A stretch of DNA of 63,617 nt, the filler included, from Lenisia limosa (lineage: Eukaryota; Protista; Breviatea), in NCBI GenBank assembly GCA_001655205.1. It is 9 parts of 9 records of this genome, joined end to end, with 100 filler letters (N's around TTAATTAATTAA, not from the genome) between each part and the next. Parts side by side here need not be neighbours in the genome. Positions count along the whole stretch, not along the records: positions 58,635 to 62,228 come from LPNZ01009162.1; positions 62,329 to 63,617 come from LPNZ01003172.1; 7 more parts are not named here. One strand, 5' to 3'. The position numbers and the translations under genes were made by a program. Positions 60,089-63,617 of this stretch are shown here, piece after piece (within the stretch, counting starts at the first letter, position 1; every line of letters begins with the position of its first letter). Below the pieces are notes generated by a model, which saw only the letters and a list, made by a program, of their open reading frames with translations, made no database searches and was not told the origin of the DNA.

Positions 60089-61479
60089 TTTAGGTGGGCC
60101 TGAACCAATGAAAAAAGACATGTGGTGTTTTGGTGTGTTGGAGAACGAATAATAATAAATATCAATAGGAAGACCATTGGGAAAACATACTTGGGCTCGT
60201 AGGGCCTGTTAACATCATAACAAAATCCAGGCATAAAGTATGCATCCAAACAATAATAAACATGTGGGTAAGCTATTATGCTGTAATCTACAAATTGAAA
60301 TTGAATGCTATTAAATTACGAACTAGCAGGTCCATATGATCGTTAACTAACTGGGGCTCTGTGAAATATATAAGCTCGAATTAAGCTGGAAAAACGTTCG
60401 CACAATAGGCTGAATGAGTTGATCGTGGGCGGTAAGATTGCGAGGTACTGAGGGTAACCGCTCCAAACCTTTAAAGAGCTCCTATATTCTGATTTAGCCG
60501 TTATATGCTGTCACTGGAGCTTCAAGAAGCTTGCAGGAGTTGAATATACGTGAGTTACAAGGTTGTCCGTCAACAATAACTAGATTACCCCGTTTAATTG
60601 TAGTAATTAATACAAGTGTTTCTAGAATCTAAGTTTTTCTGTTTTTGGCAAAGTTTTATGCTAAATAGTTAGATCTGGGAATATTGCATCCCCGCGAAAA
60701 TTGTTATTTTCCCAAAAATTGTGAAATTGAGAACTGAGAGCATGTGAAGCAAGGAGAAAGGCAAGTATGAACCCCTTATCACACCGATATCTGAATGATA
60801 GTGGATAGTTGCTCAGCTTGGTAAGAGCCTTGCTTGATATTCTGTCGCGAGAGTAGTTCTCTATCTTCATTCCCTGGCAGTTTTCTGGTTGGTTTAACTT
60901 TTCTCAATGCTAAAGGGAGTAGAATTATCACACCTTTGTTTGATAACTACAACTCCTCGTGCTTTCTTTTTTCGTCTTTCTCACAGCTTACTAAATAAAA
61001 ATGACACAAGGGTGAGACTATTATGATACAAAATCGACAACACATCAACATATCAGATACAACATCCTCAGTTCATATTGGTTAGTTAACTTGTAGAGTT
61101 GTTGGCCTTTTGAAGTCCTGCTTCTCTCACGATGGAGCTTTTCAAAGAGGTAAAACAGAGTGGAATTACACAGAAATTCTTGCACCACATGTCACTACAG
61201 GAGGGGTATAGATTAGGATTATTTTATTATTCAGCAGCGTTTATTTGACTAATGATCATCATTTTTATTCAAGATTTCAAGAATGGAATTGGTCAGAGAA
61301 GCCGATTAAATGAACTGAACTGTCGCTTCCAAGTCAAAAAACTGATTATTTCCCCCCATTCCAACAACCCCCCCAAAGTTGCAATTAGAGTATTTTAGGA
61401 ATATAAAAAAAAAATTGGTGTCCCCAAATGTTATATCTACACTCCTTCTAGAATCACTAACTTGTTATTCATCATCACT

Positions 61480-62030
61480 AATACTTTACACCAGAGTGCA
61501 AGCTTCTTTTACATGTGGACTTGTTTTGTACTTGCCAATGTGCTCTGTTTTCAGTCACCCTGTAGAACCCCTCCTTCCCGTGCCCGCCTCAGTTTTCCTC
61601 TTGTCAAGAGTACTTCACTGACCTCACGAGCTTGCTGAATGAGCACCAAAATCTCTGGCTGTTGGCTTTTATGTTGTTGTTATTCATGTCATTATTGAAG
61701 CTTCACTTTCTGTTCCAAAAATGACTGTGTGGATAAGTCGTTGATCACTATGGATATTTCACAGTCTTTTGGAACCCAAGGTGAAGCTCCACCATTGTAT
61801 GAAAGTTCTCTTTTCAGTTCTCAAGAATGATGGATCTTTTATGGAAATTTTCTTGGGAATTGACATATCTTTTGTGCTCATACTATTATGAAGGTATCAT
61901 CAACATCTTTGACATCATACTTCTCCCATCATTCTCCAGTATATTTCTCCCAGGAGGTGTCAGCATCTTTTCAACCATTCTCCAATCATAATTGGGGTTT
62001 CAATGCGTCATCTTTCATTATGAGTAATCA
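61480..62030 (-). pseudogene. Possible decayed coding remnant
   Basis: One frame gives protein-like runs (ELKRELSYNGGASPWVPKDCEISIVINDLSTQSFLEQK; QPEILVLIQQAREVSEVLLTRGKLRRAREGG) broken by stops without clear introns. Confidence 0.2.
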
Positions 62031-62034
62031 ACAT

Positions 62035-62120
62035 TAGAGTTTCACTTGAGGTTCCAAAAACCTGAAAAAAAATCAATATTTCTCGAGAATAACCGAGAAT
62101 GGACCGAAATTGAAGCTCTA
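62035..62120. mobile_element. MITE family A, degenerate copy 4
   Basis: TAGAGTTTCACTTGAGGTTCC...GGACCGAAATTGAAGCTCTA; flanks ATCAACAT / ATCGACAT (7/8 direct repeat). Confidence 0.7.
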
Positions 62121-62228
62121 ATCGACATTCTTATCTAATTGACATTATTCTTACTTTTTACATCTAATCGACATTCCTCTCACTATTTAGAGGTATCAAC
62201 ATTGCAGAACTGGTGGAAGAAGGCTCTT

Positions 62229-62328
62229 NNNNNNNNNNNNNNNNNNNNNNNNNNNNNNNNNNNNNNNNNNNNTTAATTAATTAANNNNNNNNNNNNNNNN
62301 NNNNNNNNNNNNNNNNNNNNNNNNNNNN
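62229..62328. other. Artificial contig spacer
   Basis: 44N-TTAATTAATTAA-44N. Confidence 0.97.
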
Positions 62329-62588
62329 GGGAGACGAAAGAGGTTGAGAGTAAGAAGAATGTCTTTATCATAGTATACTATATGATATATCATGTGTATA
62401 TTGTTCAACGTAACTAATTTTTTATATCGATCTGTAATGATTAACTTACTACTACACGTGAGGTCCAATTTAGTTATTCTAAGGTTAAACGTAATTTCCT
62501 ATATTATCAAGTCTTGTGATATACATGTAGGTCTATATGATGTATTATTTTGACAATTTATGGGGTTTTCTTCACCCTCTCCCCACAG

Positions 62589-63384
62589 ATTCTGGCACGC
62601 AACATCCTCCTTAACCTGAGTCCTCTCCCCACACCCCTTGCCAACAGCATTGTCAACAACGTGGGTACTGCTCTGAAGACTTCAGTTTGGGCAAATAAAC
62701 AACAGGAAAGACAACACACATTCTCACAGCATCACACATTTCTTTGATCGCGCAGATTGCCACCCGGGCTGACAAAAAGGAGGTACTCACTACCCTGGCT
62801 GATGGCATTGTCAAATTCAAAACTGAAGTGGGTGTGGTGTTGTTTTATTTCTTCCTTTTTGTATCTTTGAAAATGTGAAGCTGTGGGACCCCATACTTTT
62901 GAGCAAACACACCTAGTTTTATGCCGCATTCCTCACCACGAAGGTATAAATTATACCTTCTTGGTGCGGCTTCAATTCCACATCATTCCCGCCTACTGCA
63001 GTTCCTCGATTGTAACCACCACAGACCCCCCAAGGCTCAACCAACCTGGATGCCTTCCTGGAGTCACGAGGATTCGACCGTAGCTTCCGAGACGACACCG
63101 TAAAGGTTCTCAGGAACAAGTCCGTTCTTAGGGGCAACAAAGGCCTCCGCGACTGTATTATGAGCGTGAGGAGGGGGGGCATATCACATGTTCCTTCAGA
63201 TTTGTTTTTATTATTATTTTCATGAATTTTCCATTTTTATTCCTCCCCCTCCCCATTCCGAATTAACAAGCCCGCACAGACTGCTGGTCCGGTGGTCCTG
63301 GAGTCGACCTGCAAGGGCTCAGCAGCCAAGGCGAAAATCACCTTCCTGGAAGTGGGCGGCGGCGATGAAGTGGAAGGGCGGTAA
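62589..63384 (+). CDS. Unidentified multi-exon gene fragment (5'-truncated)
   Basis: Five in-phase exons: ILARNILLNLSPLPTPLANSIVNN|IATRADKKEVLTTLADGIVKFKTE|FYAAFLTTK|TPQGSTNLDAFLESRGFDRSF...DCIMS|TAGPVVLESTCK... ILARNILL is weakly reminiscent of DUF4470. Confidence 0.55.
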
Positions 63385-63482
63385 TAGTTGAAGTGGAAGG
63401 GCTGCATGATTGGTGGAAATGAGAAAGAGGAAGGGCTGCAATAATGAGTGGAAGGACATACAACAGATAATCATCAGGCTTG

Positions 63483-63545
63483 GAGATGTGGATTTTTGTA
63501 TGATATTCATCACATCATTTGCCTTACAACTTTTTGTACACTGTT
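63483..63545 (-). repeat. Dispersed repeat family B (internal part, degenerate)
   Basis: GAGATGTGGATTTTTGTATGATATTCATCACATCATTTGCCTTACAACTTT aligns with the reverse complement of the 46063 copy. Confidence 0.65.
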
Positions 63546-63617
63546 TCCAGCTTGTGCTACTGATATTTTCATAATTTGTCAGAATGCGTCATGACTTTTC
63601 GCATTCTCAAAGTCCTC

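Overview
Intron-rich, AT-rich eukaryotic (protist) DNA. The window is not one locus: eight identical 100-nt artificial spacers (44 N + TTAATTAATTAA + 44 N) join nine unrelated contigs or scaffolds, and many genes are cut at them. Other N-runs are ordinary gaps, some of which swallow exons. Genes recognised by manual splicing: casein kinase 1, PP2A scaffold A subunit, a divergent myosin II head, YIF1, BBS7, a TTP/ZFP36-type tandem CCCH protein, SPT6, a bacterial-type threonine synthase, TFIP11, a MARK/PAR-1 KA1 tail, CHFR, tRNA-Pro(AGG), CCR4/CNOT6, a membrane-anchored S45 (penicillin/AHL acylase-like) amidase, and several orphan genes. BBS7 together with myosin II suggests a flagellated amoeboid cell, probably Amorphea (inference). 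Most notable observations: (1) a spliced gene at 37456-41306 (-) encoding signal peptide + T4-type lysozyme + M15 Zn-peptidase + two Cys-rich repeats + TM anchor, a candidate dual-activity peptidoglycan hydrolase; (2) an intronic repeat family whose end coincides with the 3' splice AG in four unrelated genes (introner-like); (3) a tandem duplication in the threonine synthase gene that may be creating a new intron; (4) a hAT-like MITE family and a second dispersed repeat carrying a cUUCGg hairpin. All exon structures were read by eye and are provisional; no database searches were run.
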